Notes: generated from the sequence alone by a model not told the origin. Counted from the first letter of the stretch, positions 36,077 to 50,365 are shown. The stretch is DNA of 64,000 nucleotides from Octopus vulgaris (GCA_951406725.2 OX597817.1:35030001-35094000); one strand, 5' to 3'. Translations and numbers: made by a program.

Positions 36077-36927
36077 GTTACTTGGGATGAGCGTTTCCAA
36101 AACAATGTTGTGTAAACCACCAAGAAGTGATTATTTGTCTGTATTGTACCGAAGAAGAGTTTATTTATATCCAAATCGATGAAGCTGGGAATAAGTACCT
36201 TATGTTACATTATATATTCAGCTAAAATAACATATGAACATACATATGTCAAAAAAGAATTAGTAGAATTTTAACATTCTAAACAAACGAGGAACCACTT
36301 AGCTGATTGATAAAAGCGTTAGAACGTCGGACAACATGCTCTGCGGTATTTAGTTACGGCAGTTACGTTGTGAGTTCAAATTCCGCCGAGGTCGACTTTG
36401 CCTTTCATCCTTTCGGGGTCGATAAATTAAGTACCAGTTACGAACTGGGGTCGATATAATCGACTTAATACCTATGTCTGTCCTTGTTTGTTCCCTCTGC
36501 GTTTAGCCCCTTGTGGGTAATAAAGAAATAGGTATTTAGTTACGGCCTTTCAGGTTCTAAGTTCAAATTCTACCGGGGTTATCGTCCCGGAGTCGATAAA
36601 AACAAAGGACCAGAGAAATACTGGAGACCGATTTTATGTTACACCACGTGTATATGGTGATAATTATCACAACATAAGACGAAGACAGTCCAACAAATTA
36701 AAGTATTTCGAGGAGATGATGATGAAGGGCGACAACTTAAATGTGAATGTCCTGAAAATAACAAACCCATACAACTACAATCTTACTTAAAGTGAAATCA
36801 CAAAATGGCAGTTGCTATCCGGTGTTGGTAGAGGCTGTTGCCTTTATGGGTGTAGTTCTTTGCTGTTGGCACTGACCATACAAGTAGTACAGTATTAACT
36901 TTTTTATGAGTGGAAGATCTGATCACA
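36077..36927. promoter_or_regulatory. Putative bidirectional promoter PIGX/CHMP6
   Basis: Divergent ATGs about 850 bp apart; locally more CpG; YY1-like CAAAATGGC at 36801. Confidence 0.55.
36290..36630 (+). mobile_element. Nested family B SINEs
   Basis: Inner copy 36361-36530 has a perfect 16-bp TSD GGTATTTAGTTACGGC. Confidence 0.8.
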
Positions 36928-36993
36928 ATGGGGAGTTTTTTCACTAAGAAGAAAAAAGATACGAGAATCACCGAACAAGACAAAGCAGTATTA
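36928..36993 (+). CDS. CHMP6: CHMP6 exon 1
   Basis: MGSFFTKKKKDTRITEQDKAVL then GTAAGT. Confidence 0.93.
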
Positions 36994-39227
36994 GTAAGTT
37001 GATTGTTAATTTCGGGGGAGGTTCAACTATGGTATTTTTTTAGCATCTTTGTATGATATATATATATATATATATATATGAATAATTATACACACGCGCA
37101 CGTATATATTGTTAATTCTTAGCACAATGAGTAAGTAGAGTATCTTATAGGAGAGTTTAACCGTACATGTGGAAGTAATGTTAGTATGTCAATTACAGGG
37201 TTGTCACTTGTTTCCGTATTTTGAAAACAGAAATTTCTCTAAAGCAAAACAATCCCCGCCACTTAAAAAAAACCTCCCAAAAACCCCATTATTTGCTTTA
37301 TAGACGAACCTACCAAAGCACATGTATAAGAACTCTATGTTTTTTTTTCTTCTTGGGCACGGGTTGTTGCTTAATTTACAACCATTCATTTCTTCATAAA
37401 TTCTCGAACCTCTACACAATCACTCGATCTGCTAGAAACAGCAGGAAAATCTCCCTCAAATTACTTATTACTGCCTTACAGTGAGAAGAAGGACACATTG
37501 AATAATGTAGCTCTGAGTAAAAGACGGGATAGTTATGACTGAACTACTTCTGATAAGAGGTTGTGCCTAATCAGGGCCTAATTTGAAGTTAAGCAATAAC
37601 TCACACACTTTAAAACCTATTCATTAGTTGTTATTGTTGTTAAGCCCTATGTGAGTCCAATATGATAAAGGTATTCTAGATATTCCGACTTGTATAGGTA
37701 ACACCAAACCACGCTATCCAATGTTTTTTTCCAGACGGTAGGGTGTGACTTGAAGAAGACTGCTATTTCTGGTATGTTGAGCGACCACGTAGAGATTCCT
37801 GCTTCCTTCAATGTATAGTGAAACTAAACTAAACTCCATTATTTGTTTCTTCAGTTATTTCTTATTAGTAATTCTTAATATAATTTCGACTGATTTTTCC
37901 ACTGCAAAGTTTATGTCGAACCCCGGAAGCCAAATGGGACTCTCCACCCGTTAGATAAGTTATCTTTGAGCATTATGTATGCCCAAATGTAAGTCTTGTG
38001 GTATTTCCAGATGAGCAGTACAGCTAGCGAAGGTTTTCAATCGGCTAACAGAAGTTTTCACCAACATCTTTGATTTATGCCTGTTACCCTCACCTAAATG
38101 TTTCAAATAGAAGGCCAATATTCTTGTGTCCTTTAGTTAAGGTGCCCTCACAATACATTACGATTTCTTGCTCACAACCCGACGAAGAAACCTCTACGTT
38201 GTCGTCCAACCTGTTAGAAATAGCAACAAAAATCTTCCTCTATCGTCTTAAGAAAGAAAAGGACACATTAGAGGAAACATTGCGCTTGTCTCATCTACTG
38301 CAGTGGAGGCACATAGCCTTGTGGTTACAACAGCGGACTCGAGGTCGAGGGATCGCGAGTTCGAATCTCAGACCGGGCGATGTGTGTGTTTATGAGCGAA
38401 AAACCTAAGCTCCGGCAGAAGGTAATGGCGAACTTCTGCTGAATTTTTCGCCACAACTTTCTCTCACTATTTCCTCCTGCATCTTGCAGCTTACCTGCGA
38501 TGGACTGATGTCCCGTCCAGGTGGGGAACCTATACGCCAAGGAAACCGGGAAACTGGCCCTATGAGTCAGGCGTGACTCGAGAAGGAAGGAAACATCTAC
38601 TGCACTAAAATTGCTTTTGTTCTCTTGAATTGGCTTGTAGTGGGCCAATGGGTCTGCTACTCTTCAACTTGTTATCCCTACTTCGTTTCACCATACAAAT
38701 ACTACTTTTATATCCCCTGGCCAGAACCTCCTGGGATATTCTTTGTTCATATTCTTCCCACAAGAATCAACCAACAGGGATTTAAAAGTTCAATATCATC
38801 AGTCTAAGAGGACATACCTAAGAGCTGTACCTCTATATTCTGCATGTCTTTAGTTGTATAACAAAGGCTTTCAGGAATTGACATTTAAATTTTAGTAAAA
38901 TTTAGCTTTCATTCTAACAATTGTTTTTTTTTTATTTATGTTTTTCCACCTTTAAAAAAATTATTCCTCATTTGGTTATTTTTTTTTTTAAGAATTAATG
39001 GAATAACCAAATGAGGAATAATTTTTTCAAAGGAGGAAAAACATAAATAAAAAAAAAACGCAGGAGTGGCTGTGTGGTAAGTAGCTTGCTAACCAACCAC
39101 ATGGTTGCGGGTTCAGTCCCACTGCGTGGCATCTTGGGCAAGTATCTTCTGCTATAGCCCCGGGCCGACCAATGCTTTGTGAGTGGATTTGGTAGACGGA
39201 AACTGAAAGAAGCCTGTTGTATATATG

Positions 39228-39260
<33 letters not shown>

Positions 39261-40074
39261 TTGTGTGTCTGTGTTTGTCCCTCTAGCTTTGCTTGACAAC
39301 TGATGCTGGTGTGTTTACGTTGCCGGTTCGGCAAAAGAGACCGATAGAATAAGTACTGGGCTTACAAAGAATAAGTCCCGGGGTCGATTTGCTCGACTAT
39401 AAAGGCGGTGCTCCAGCATGGCCGCAGTCAAATGACTGAAACACGTAAAAGAGTAATTGTTAGAATGAAAGCCAAATTTGACTAAAGTTTAAATGCAGAA
39501 TATAGAGGTACAGCTCATCTTCCATTTTGTTATAAACAAAATAGCAATAACTATGAACTACTAGTTATTGTTATGAAAGTACCAATAACTATGAATGGAT
39601 ACACATTTTTAATCTACAGTGAAAAACTTAAAACAACACCCATAAAAATCCCATGCTTCCATCACTTTCACCTTTCACTAGATTGTCTACTCAGCAAATA
39701 AATCTACAGATGTTGTAGCTCAGTGTGTCTTTATTGTGTTTTGATTTAACTGGAAGCAAAAAATCATTAAGATATTATCTATGGTAGCATATGGCTAAGA
39801 AGGACACCTACATCGTTCTTACTTTGATGGTTTGGAAATTCAAGAGATAAGCATGAACATCTCACTGAAACTTGATTTTGGAGTTTCTAACCAATAGACA
39901 CTGATCTACAACTCTATCAACATCAACTATGTACATTATTAACATTTGACAGATATTTGTCCTCATTTTGTTTGTAGTTAACACATTTTGGCTGATATAC
40001 ATTCCACCCTTCATCAGGTGTCTTGGGGAAATTTCGAACTTGGGTTCTCATTCCTAAGGTATTTTTCGATGTTG

Positions 40075-40119
<45 letters not shown>

Positions 40120-40248
40120 TCACTGCCTGGAATCAAACTCAGAATCTTGGGGTTAGTAGCCCATGCTCTTAATCACTATGCTGTATGCCTGGGCATATGG
40201 CATACAGGCTACTAACCCCAAGATTCTGAGTTTAATTCCAGGCTTTGA

Positions 40249-40304
<56 letters not shown>

Positions 40305-43300
40305 TCGAAAAATACCTTAGGAATGAGAATCCAGGTTCAAAATTTCCCCAAGACACCTGATGAAGGCTGGAGGGTATATCAGCCGAAACGTTGTGTTAAC
40401 AACAAACAAGATGAGGACAAATATCCGTCAAATGTAAATAATGTAAACAATGAACATAATTCCTCATCTCTTAAATATAGAACTGTATCAACTATGTAGT
40501 TGACGCTATAGTGGTAGGTTCGGTCATTGATTATTTGATCATTGATGGCCTACATATAAGTGGTACAGTAGTTGGTAGTGTACTAAGCTTCAAATAACTT
40601 GATTCAGTGTCATGGCTGGGTCAAGTTGTTCTTAGTGTAATACAATATCTATTGGGTTTATTGCTGATTTTGAATACAAATAAGTTGCAAATGTATCTCA
40701 TTTACATCAATAGATAGAGGTTTACAGTTTCAATTTCCTAGATATCTAAATTACACAAGACCCCCTCATGCTGTGATATCACATGTTCTTTGGAGATCAA
40801 GCAGCATTTGTTATCCCTTTGTATATCAGGAAAATGAAAATGACTTCTCAGCAGCACAACTAAAAGAGTCTTGGTCTAATGTATTGCAATATAGTATAGT
40901 GACAGTTCTCTATCTGATCAGAAAGCTGTGTAGTAGTTAGTGAGAATGGTCATTCAAATTTTCATGAAAGACATTCAACAGAACCATACTCAGCAGTTCT
41001 CTCACATTCTTATCGTGTCGGCTATTTGTTGCTATTTAATCCCATGTCATCCCTGATCCAGTGAACTCGCAATCAAAGGCGTTTCCCTTGTTAACATCCC
41101 ATCTTTTTTCAAGCATTGAACAATTTTAGATGTATTATTCTTTGTTTTTTTGTTTAAATGGTTTGATGTGATTTGAGGGAGTTTTGACAGATAATTCTCG
41201 CAAGTTAAGAGACTATAGAAAGGTTTCTTCATTGACTCATTAGACTCAGGTTTTTTTTACCTTGTATTGAAAATACCTGAGTCTATTGAGTCAATGAAGA
41301 GAGATATTGTAGGGATATTCATACAGACATGCCTAAATCCAGAAATGGTTGAACCTCAGGTCAGACTTGTTTAAGATCAAAGGTGTCTTAGCTGTGACCA
41401 TTCTGTGCTTTAAATATTATAGACTACATCACATTGTTCTGCATTTAAGATGGTATGATTTCATTTGAATAAAGTTTGGCTGCTATTTCTAGTAGATTTG
41501 TTGGCTTGTTAATCAATGACGGTTGCGTAATTAACTCCCTTGGCTTACTTAGCATCTTAAGACTAGTTCTGGGATAAACCATTCTTATGTAAATAAAGAA
41601 GTGTAAGTTAAATGATTATACCTTCACATATAACTGTAAGTGGTAATGACACATCTGTGGGTTACAACTAGTTATTCGGTCAACTACCTGTATGCTGTAG
41701 TTCTACTTGATCAGAACTACCCTGAGGCTACATACGTCATCAGCATCTTAAAAAAAAAGACAAGACTAATTGATTGTCAGAAATCACTTGCCCTCACACT
41801 TCAGTCCTTGGCCTAGTGATGTGTTGTTGCTTATCTCTGTATTTTCTACTTCTATCACAATTGCTTCTGCTCCTTTCTCTGGTTGGTCTTGTGCCACTGA
41901 CATTTAGGTGTTCCAGAGTTACTTGTCTCTTTTCTTCTCATCACCTTTGTTGTGTCTCCTACTCCTCCTCTTCAGGTCTTGTGCTAAATACTATCTGTAG
42001 CTATCAATTTCATCATCATCATCACCATTTTACATCTGCTTTCCATGAGTTGGATGGTTCAGCAGGCTGGCAGACCATGCCTTTACTCTAGTGTCACAGA
42101 TTTATCTTTGTTTCTAGAGCTTTGTGTCCTTCCTATCACCAACCACTTTACAAAGTTCACTAGCTGTATTTTTTCAAGGCACCAACACTATAGAGGTTGT
42201 CTTGTTCTCAGTAAAACTAATGAGTCCTCTCCAACCCTGCATTATCTCTACTTGACATGCCAAATCTGTATGGTTTTTCACTCAGTTTGATTTACAATAG
42301 TTTAAATAGAACATTAATAGCATCAATCTCATTGTCCTTGGAATGCCTGCCTGCAAAGACTATGGAACTGCCCCTTCCTCCGGAGCCAGCAAAAAACCCA
42401 GTCCTCTTTCGCTAATATAGCTCTCTGGAGTTCCCTCCCTGTTCATGTTTTTTGTGCATCAGCCAGCTTCTCTTGGTAAATTCAATGGTCTTGAAGGACC
42501 TGTCAAAGCTATGCACACAGACTCTTCCTTGTGATCAAACCAATGAAAATAAAAACTCTAAGTAGCCTCTTCTTGGTCAGTCCACTTGCTAGAAATAGCA
42601 GCCAAATATCCAAATCACATTCTGCTGTCTTAAAAAGGAAAGATAATTGTATGATGTAGCCCCAGATACACTGTTTGAGTAAAAAGTGGACTGGCTATAG
42701 TTATAATTCATTTGATTATAGGCTTACCTGATAGGATCTGACATAAAACTAAATGGTTGTAAACAGTATATTTCTTGGTTGTAAATTAGAGGCATGTTAG
42801 CATTGAAACAATGGTGATATTGATGTAACAACAAAGTTGATTTGATAGATATGGACTTAGATGCATGATGTTCCAAACTGTCTGTGTCACAGTTATCAAT
42901 GTTATTAAGACTCTTTGTTGACTGTTGCAATATAAGACATCGTTGGTAAGGTTTTAAAAAAAACTCTTTATATCCTTTGCAGCAACTGAAGGTTCAACGT
43001 GACAAACTGAAACAGTACACTAAGAAGCTTGAAGCAAACTTAGTGAGAGAAAAGGAAGCTGCCAGAGCTCTTTTGAAAAATGGCCGTCGAGAGTAAGTAT
43101 ATAGCCATCATCTTAATCATTTTATTTTGTGCATTTATTGGAAACAAAGTATTCATCACCATCATCATCATTTAACATTTGTCTTCCATGCTAGCATAGG
43201 TTAAACTGTTTGAAAGGATTCAATGATCCAGAGGACTGCATTGAACACTTATGTGTGTTTTGGCATGGTTTTGATGGTTGGATGCACTTCTTAACACCAA

Positions 43301-46300
43301 CCACTTTGCATAGTGCACTGGCTACTTCTTCCAAGACACCAACACTAGTGAGGTTGCCAAGTAACTCACAAGACAAACCAATAATCTCTAGTGCAGGCAC
43401 AAAGCAACACTTAATAATACTTTGCCCAACAACACAATCAATAATGTTTTGCCCAATTTGCAGCAACTAACTATACTACTCTTTTACTTGTTTCAGTTAT
43501 TTGACTGTGGCCATGCTTGAGCACCACCTTTAGTCGAGGAAATCGACCCCAGGACTTATTCTTTCTAAGCCTAGTACTTATTCTATCGGTCTCTTTTGCC
43601 GAACCGCTAAGTTACGGGGACATAAAAATACCAGCATCGGTTGTCAAGCGATGTTGGGGGTACAAACATAGACACACACACACACACACACATATGATGG
43701 ACTTCTTTCAGTTTCCATCTACCAAATCCACTCGCAAGGCTTTGGTCAGCCCAAGGCTATAGTAGAAGACACTTGCTCAAGGTGCCACGAAGTGGGACTG
43801 GACCTGGAACCATGTGGTTCATAAGCAAGCTACTACCACACAGCCACTCCTGCGCCTAAAAACATAAATACAGGCAAAATACCGTTAAGCATTTTACCCG
43901 GTGCACTAACGTTTCTACCAGCTCACCGCCTATCTCATGATTTCAACAATTATCTATTTTATCTTCATTAAATCTTTGTTTATCTCAACCAACAGTCAGT
44001 TGGTTGAGTTATTTTTCTATTCCCTGATAGATAGATAGACCAGTAGATAGATAGACAGTTTGTCTGCTTGTTGTTAGCTGTTTAAATTAATAGAATAGTT
44101 GACTTAAAATAAAAACACAAACTAAATGAAAAAATATGTAAGTACAGATTAAAAGTTTATGTGCTAGAAAAAAGTCTCTCAAAACATTCAAAAATAAATG
44201 TGAAAAATACACTGAAAAGAAAGTAAAAAAAAGATAGTAAGCAGAAAATGGATGTGATAACTCCATTTGCCTACTTCTATCTATAACTTGTCACATCTGC
44301 TCAGTTCTAAGTCTGGGTATTTCAATCTATTTTGAAATACCTTTTGAAAAGATATGTAACCAGTTAATGTTGTTAAGCAATGGCCTTGATCTGTATTGAC
44401 TTTCTAAGTTTATGCTTAAACTTCTTAAGAATCAATAAATAATTTCAATAGTACAAAGCTTTATAAGAGATAAATCTTTTCATAAAATAGTTATTAGCAA
44501 CTCTTTTTCTTCTTTTTAATATGAACAAATGAACATATTTTCTAAGCATATTGTTTGTATGCATCATACAAGGCTCTGTCTATTTTAACCCTTCAGCATT
44601 CAGATTACTCTGTTAAATGTAATGTTTATTTTATTCACATTACTTGCGCATTATCTCATAGCTTTGAAATTTTGATGATGTGATTGTTTACTTTTAGAGT
44701 GACATTGTAGAATAGGTGTGAGAGACTGGATCTGGTCAGTTTGAACATAAAATGGGTAGAATATTTGATCTTGATATGTCCGGTTTAAATGCTAAAGTGT
44801 TAAAAAATATAATTAAACTTTTCATCATTTAATATTTTAGGAGAGTTAAACTTCTTTTAAGAAAGAAAAAATTCCAAGAAGGATTAATCCAGAAAACAGA
44901 AAATCAATTAGAAACATTGGAACGGCTGGTAAGTTATGTTCTTATTTTCTTGTCTCCAATTTTTGTTATCAAGTGACTTTGACTGTGGAATTGTTTCTAT
45001 CAACGTTTTAACATTTAAAAGGAAAAAGAAAGACTCATTTAAAGACTTTTTTATTCAATGCTGTTACCAACTATAGTACCAAAAATGTTATCATGATGAA
45101 GATAGCCATCATTGTTAATAACATTTCTTACATCAAATCAAGGGATACGGTTTTTTAGAAAATGGGTAAAGCTAAGAAGAGCAGGATCTTTCAGCACAGA
45201 TTCTTATTTACTTATCTGTCTCTGAGAAATATCCTGACACAGCCTTATGAAATTTTGTGTGACACTTTTCTTCCTGGATTGGAACAACACTTTATTGCAG
45301 ATTTAACTTGTTGAGAGGTTTGCAATCAACACTTGTAAAAGAAAACTTGCATCAACTTTATGGTGACCCTACTGAGTGTTGCAACCATCTCTGCTAAATA
45401 GATGGAGCTAGATGGACTGTCTGTTCATAACTCATGCTGTATTGATACTATAGTATTCTCTGACTATCAAACTTGTACCTATAATGTAAATGAAGTTATA
45501 CTTGTTTACATTTTAGTAAATAGTTTTCTGTTATTTATGCAAGACATGCAGATTTTAATGAATTGTGAAAAATTCCTCACAGGGCATAATTTTAAAGCCA
45601 GTGTTTACCACCTCCAATCTTTCAAACAATATCCCTGTTAATAACAACTTTTGTTGCAATATTCTCATAGTTATCACACAAAATATAATAAAATTTGTTT
45701 TTATTTTTCCTATTATTTCAGGTCCATGATATTGAGTTTGCACAGATTGAAGCCAATGTTTTACAGAGTCTTAAGGAAGGAAATGACTCCCTGAAGAAAA
45801 TGCATGAGGTAAAATTTTTCTATCATTGGTGCCATTGCTATAAACACAGTTTCTTTATTTGGCTTCAGGTCAATTCTTGATTGAGCAGACTATATGATTA
45901 AAGACATTCCAGTGATGATTGTCCCATCCTTTTGTATGTCTAGGACTACATTGTCTAGTGCGTCTTCCCCTTCTATTTTTAGGCAGTGAGATGTGATGTG
46001 AAGAAAATTTGGCTGTTATTTTTAGCACATCTAGTTACTACATAGAGGCTTCCTCAATTGGCTCATTTACACTTGCTGTCTGTCATTGTTTATGACATCA
46101 ATAAAAGTCACCTTATTTCTTTATTGCCAACAAGGAACTAAACATAGAGGGGACAAACAAGGACAGACAAAGGGATTAAATCGATTACATCGACCCCAGT
46201 GCATAACTGGTACTTGATTTATCGATCCCAAAAGGATGAAAGGCAAAGGCAACCTCGGTGGAATTTGAACTCAGAACATAAAGCCAAATGAAATACCACT

Positions 46301-47132
46301 AAGCATTTCGCCTGGTGTGCTAACGTTTCTGCCAGCTCACTGCCTTGACCAGACATTGTCAGTCCCACATGCCATATGTCTCACCTTATATGATATAAGC
46401 AGATGAGTGAAGTTTTCCTAAACTAATTATCATTATAAAGCTGGAAATACAATTTCTTAGATTTTCTTTCAGAAGAGAGAGCTGTGAAGTTGGGTTGGTC
46501 ATGCACTTCTAGGTGCTGTTAATAGCACAATGAACTGTCTCACATTGGCAGCTGAAGCTAGTTTATAATTATAATTCTCCAAAAGCTTACTTTGGTGTTT
46601 ACTTGTGACAAATTTTAAATCCATTGTCGATAAGAAACACGTTTTAAAGTACAAGAAAAATAATAATAAGAAGAATAATAGTATTGAAAAAAATGCTTTG
46701 TAGTTTTCTTCTGGTGCTTTATTTTCTGAGTTCAAATCCCACTGAGCAGCATTCTCTTTTATTTTTCCAAAATTGATAAAATAAAAAAGCAGTCAAGTAC
46801 TGGGGTAACACCCATGGACATGTTTACAAAGTCAGAAAACAGCACAGCTCCCATGACGTTCGGAAACATTTTTTCACGCTAAGTGTTGCTGAAGCATAGA
46901 ACAAACTGCTGGCATCATTAGTTGTTGATTGTTGGAGCACTGGCATCCTTCAAAATTTCCATGCTTCCTGAGATTCGCCAACACTACACCTGATTTTCTC
47001 CCCTCCATACAAACGCAAGCATGTATCTGACTCATACACTGTTCACTTTCCAGACATTTGTACATTACTCCATATGCTTTATACGCACTTTTTGACAAGT
47101 TGTAGTGCACCTGAACACTGTATACAATAATT

Positions 47133-47163
<31 letters not shown>

Positions 47164-47183
47164 TATCATCATTATTATTATTA

Positions 47184-47223
<40 letters not shown>

Positions 47224-47524
47224 GATTATAGTATTGACTAACCCTCTCTTTTTGAGTTACTGGCCTTGTGTCTTAATCAGGGACAAATTATTATTATTAT
47301 TATTTATTATTGTTATTATTAAGCTGGCAAATTGTTAGCACGCTGGATGAAATGCTTAGTGGTATTTTGCCCAATGCTACGTTCTGAGTTAAGATTTCAT
47401 CGCGGTCGACTTTGCCTTCCATCCTTTCGGGGTCAATAAAATATATACCAGTTGAACCTTGGGGTCGATGTCATCAACTCATCCCTTCTCCCAAAATTAC
47501 TACCCTTGTGGTAAAATTTTAAAC

Positions 47525-47561
<37 letters not shown>

Positions 47562-47759
47562 TAGATGGCAAGTTGGCTGAATCATTAGCATGCCAGGCAA
47601 AATACTTAGCAGCGTTTCGATTGTCTTTACCTGCCGAGGTCGACTTGCCCTTTCATCCTTTTGATGTCAATAAAATTAGTACCAGTTACACACTGGGGTC
47701 AATATAATCGACTTAATCCCTTTCCCCAAATTTGAGGCCTTGTGCTTCCAGTAAAAAGG

Positions 47760-47855
<96 letters not shown>

Positions 47856-50365
47856 ATAAGGCAGTGGTGAGCTGGCAGAATCATTAGCATGCTGGGCAAA
47901 ATATTTAGTTGCATTTTGTCTGTCTTTATGTTCTGAGTTCAAATTCTGCTACGGTTGACTTTGCCTTTCATCCTTTTGGGGTCAATAAATTAAGTACCAG
48001 TGAAACACTGAGGTTGATGTAACCTACTAGACCCCCTCCCCCTAAAGCTTCAGGCCTTGTGTCTATGGTAGAAAGCATTGTTATTGTTATTGAGTGATAG
48101 AGCAATGCATGTCATCAAAGTGACACTGGGGTGCAGATATATGAAGCCCAATATACCCATCATGATTACCCTTCTGATAAGGGTATACCAGGCACTTGCA
48201 TCACAACCATATGTGTGCAACATGGTGATCTCATATCAAGATGAACACTGCTTGACCTTGTAGTTGAAGCCCAGTTAGAAATTTCTTCAGTTTGAGTAGC
48301 CCATCCCACTCTCTTATTATTATTATTATTATTATTAGATAAAATGATAGCACCATTTGCATAGATGAAATAATTTCTTTCATCTTTTGAATCCAATGCC
48401 ATGTCATGTTTTTATCATTACTGCAAATGTTTATCCTTTCTGTAAATGTTGTTTGTTATTTTCTTGTTACCGCTTGACAACCGGTGTTGGTGTGTTTACA
48501 TCCCCTGTAACTTAGCAGTTCAGCAAGGGAACCGAGAGAATAAGAACTAGGGGGTCGATTTGTTTGACTAAAACCCTTCAAGGCAGTGTCCCAGCATGGC
48601 CACAGTCAAATGATTGAAACAAGTAAAAGATAAAAGATATATTACTTTTTTAAGGAAAAAATTTCATTTGAAATACTTTAGCCCTCTTCAGTTTGAAGTA
48701 AAATGTAAATATTTTCAATATCTTGCATTTAAGATAATGATATTTAATTGCTGTCTTTGCTAATATTATTATTTTCTTTTACAGTTAATGTCACTTGAAG
48801 ATGTGGAAAAGATAATGGATGAAACTGCAGAAGGCATTAAATACCAACAGGTTGGTTCTGTTTCATTGTTCTCATCATGTCCAGTAAACTTCAAGTCATT
48901 GGGGGTACCATGATAATTTCCTGAATAACCACTGGAATAATTACTGTATTGAATGATTCATCCTTCAAAACTTCCATGCTTCTTGAGATTCACCAACACT
49001 ACACCTGATTTTCTCCCCTCCATACACACGCAAGCATGTATCTGACTCATACACTGTTCACTTTTCAGATATTTGTACATTACTCCATATACTTTATATG
49101 CACTTTTGACAAGTTGTGGTGCACCTGAGCACTATATACAATAATTTCATTATGATCTTAATTACAGGAAATTGATGAACTGTTGGCTGGTGGTTTGACG
49201 GAAGAGGATGAAGACGATGTCCTTGCTGAACTGGATGCACTTATAGAGGTAAGTTTTATTTCAAAGCATTTAAAAAGGTTAAATTTTTCTTTCTGTGTAC
49301 ATGAAAATCACAAACCTATGATTTGTGCTTTGTTTTGCGTTGATATTGAATGAGTGTTAACATTTTTTATTGTTACTACCAGTCAGCGACTTCATACAGA
49401 TGTTTTCTGTTTGAAAGATAACACTATAGCTGGTCAATCATAAATAATATATAGGGGATAAATTGAACAAAATAATTTATTAAAGGTTGAATGAGTTGAT
49501 TGTAATATTTTATACATACAAATATGGAGGCAAGTGGCTGAGTTCCTTTTGTGTATTGGGCCTTATGGAAGCAATGACCAAAACCTTTGGAATTATGTTG
49601 TGTTTGAGAAGAAGACCCATCAAGCCAAGCAAAATTGCAGTTGTGACAGATACCAGTGTCATGCAAATGGCACCCGTGCTGGTGGCACATAAAAACACCC
49701 ATTACACTTTCAGAGTGATTGGTGTTAGGAAGGGCATCCAGCCGTAGAAAACCATGCCAAATCAGATTGGAGCCTAGCTCAACCTTCCATTGTGCCATCC
49801 CAGTCAAACCATCCAACCCATGCCAGCATGAGCAACAGATGTTAAATGATGATGATGTATATACTGAAAATTATGAAAGAATTGTTTGAAGTGGATTATT
49901 GTAATACTTTAGTTTGAATGCATGTACACTGAATAAACTTAGACTTCACTCAAGAAAATGTTATTTTATATCTAGAATTATATGCTCCCTGCCCTCTCAG
50001 AGGTTCCTTGTTTTGCAAAGTTACTTGGTGACCCTGGCAGTGCAGATGCCACTTAAAAAGCATGCAGTCCATGCTGTAAAGTAGTTGGTGTGTGGAAGGG
50101 CATTCAGCTGTAAAAATCATGTCAAAAATACCTCGCCTGTGTGAATGCCACATTAAAAGCACTCGGCTCACTCTATGGAGTGGATGGTGTTAGGAAGGGC
50201 ATCCAGCTGTAAATACCATGCCAAAACATGGCACACGCTCCTTCCTGGCCAGCTCCTGTCAGACTGTCCAACCCATGCCAGCATGGAAAGAGGACGTTAA
50301 ATGATGATGAGGAGGAGGAATTATACTGTCATTTTTGTTCAGTTAAATTACCTCTTTTACACACA

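Noticed and set aside
40110-40190. Possible tRNA gene (also the heads of SINE families B, C and D)
   Set aside because: A and B boxes are present but there is no paired acceptor stem; these are retroelement heads.
47105-47942. Poly-Ile/Asn/Tyr ORFs
   Set aside because: Translations of (ATT)n retroposon tails.
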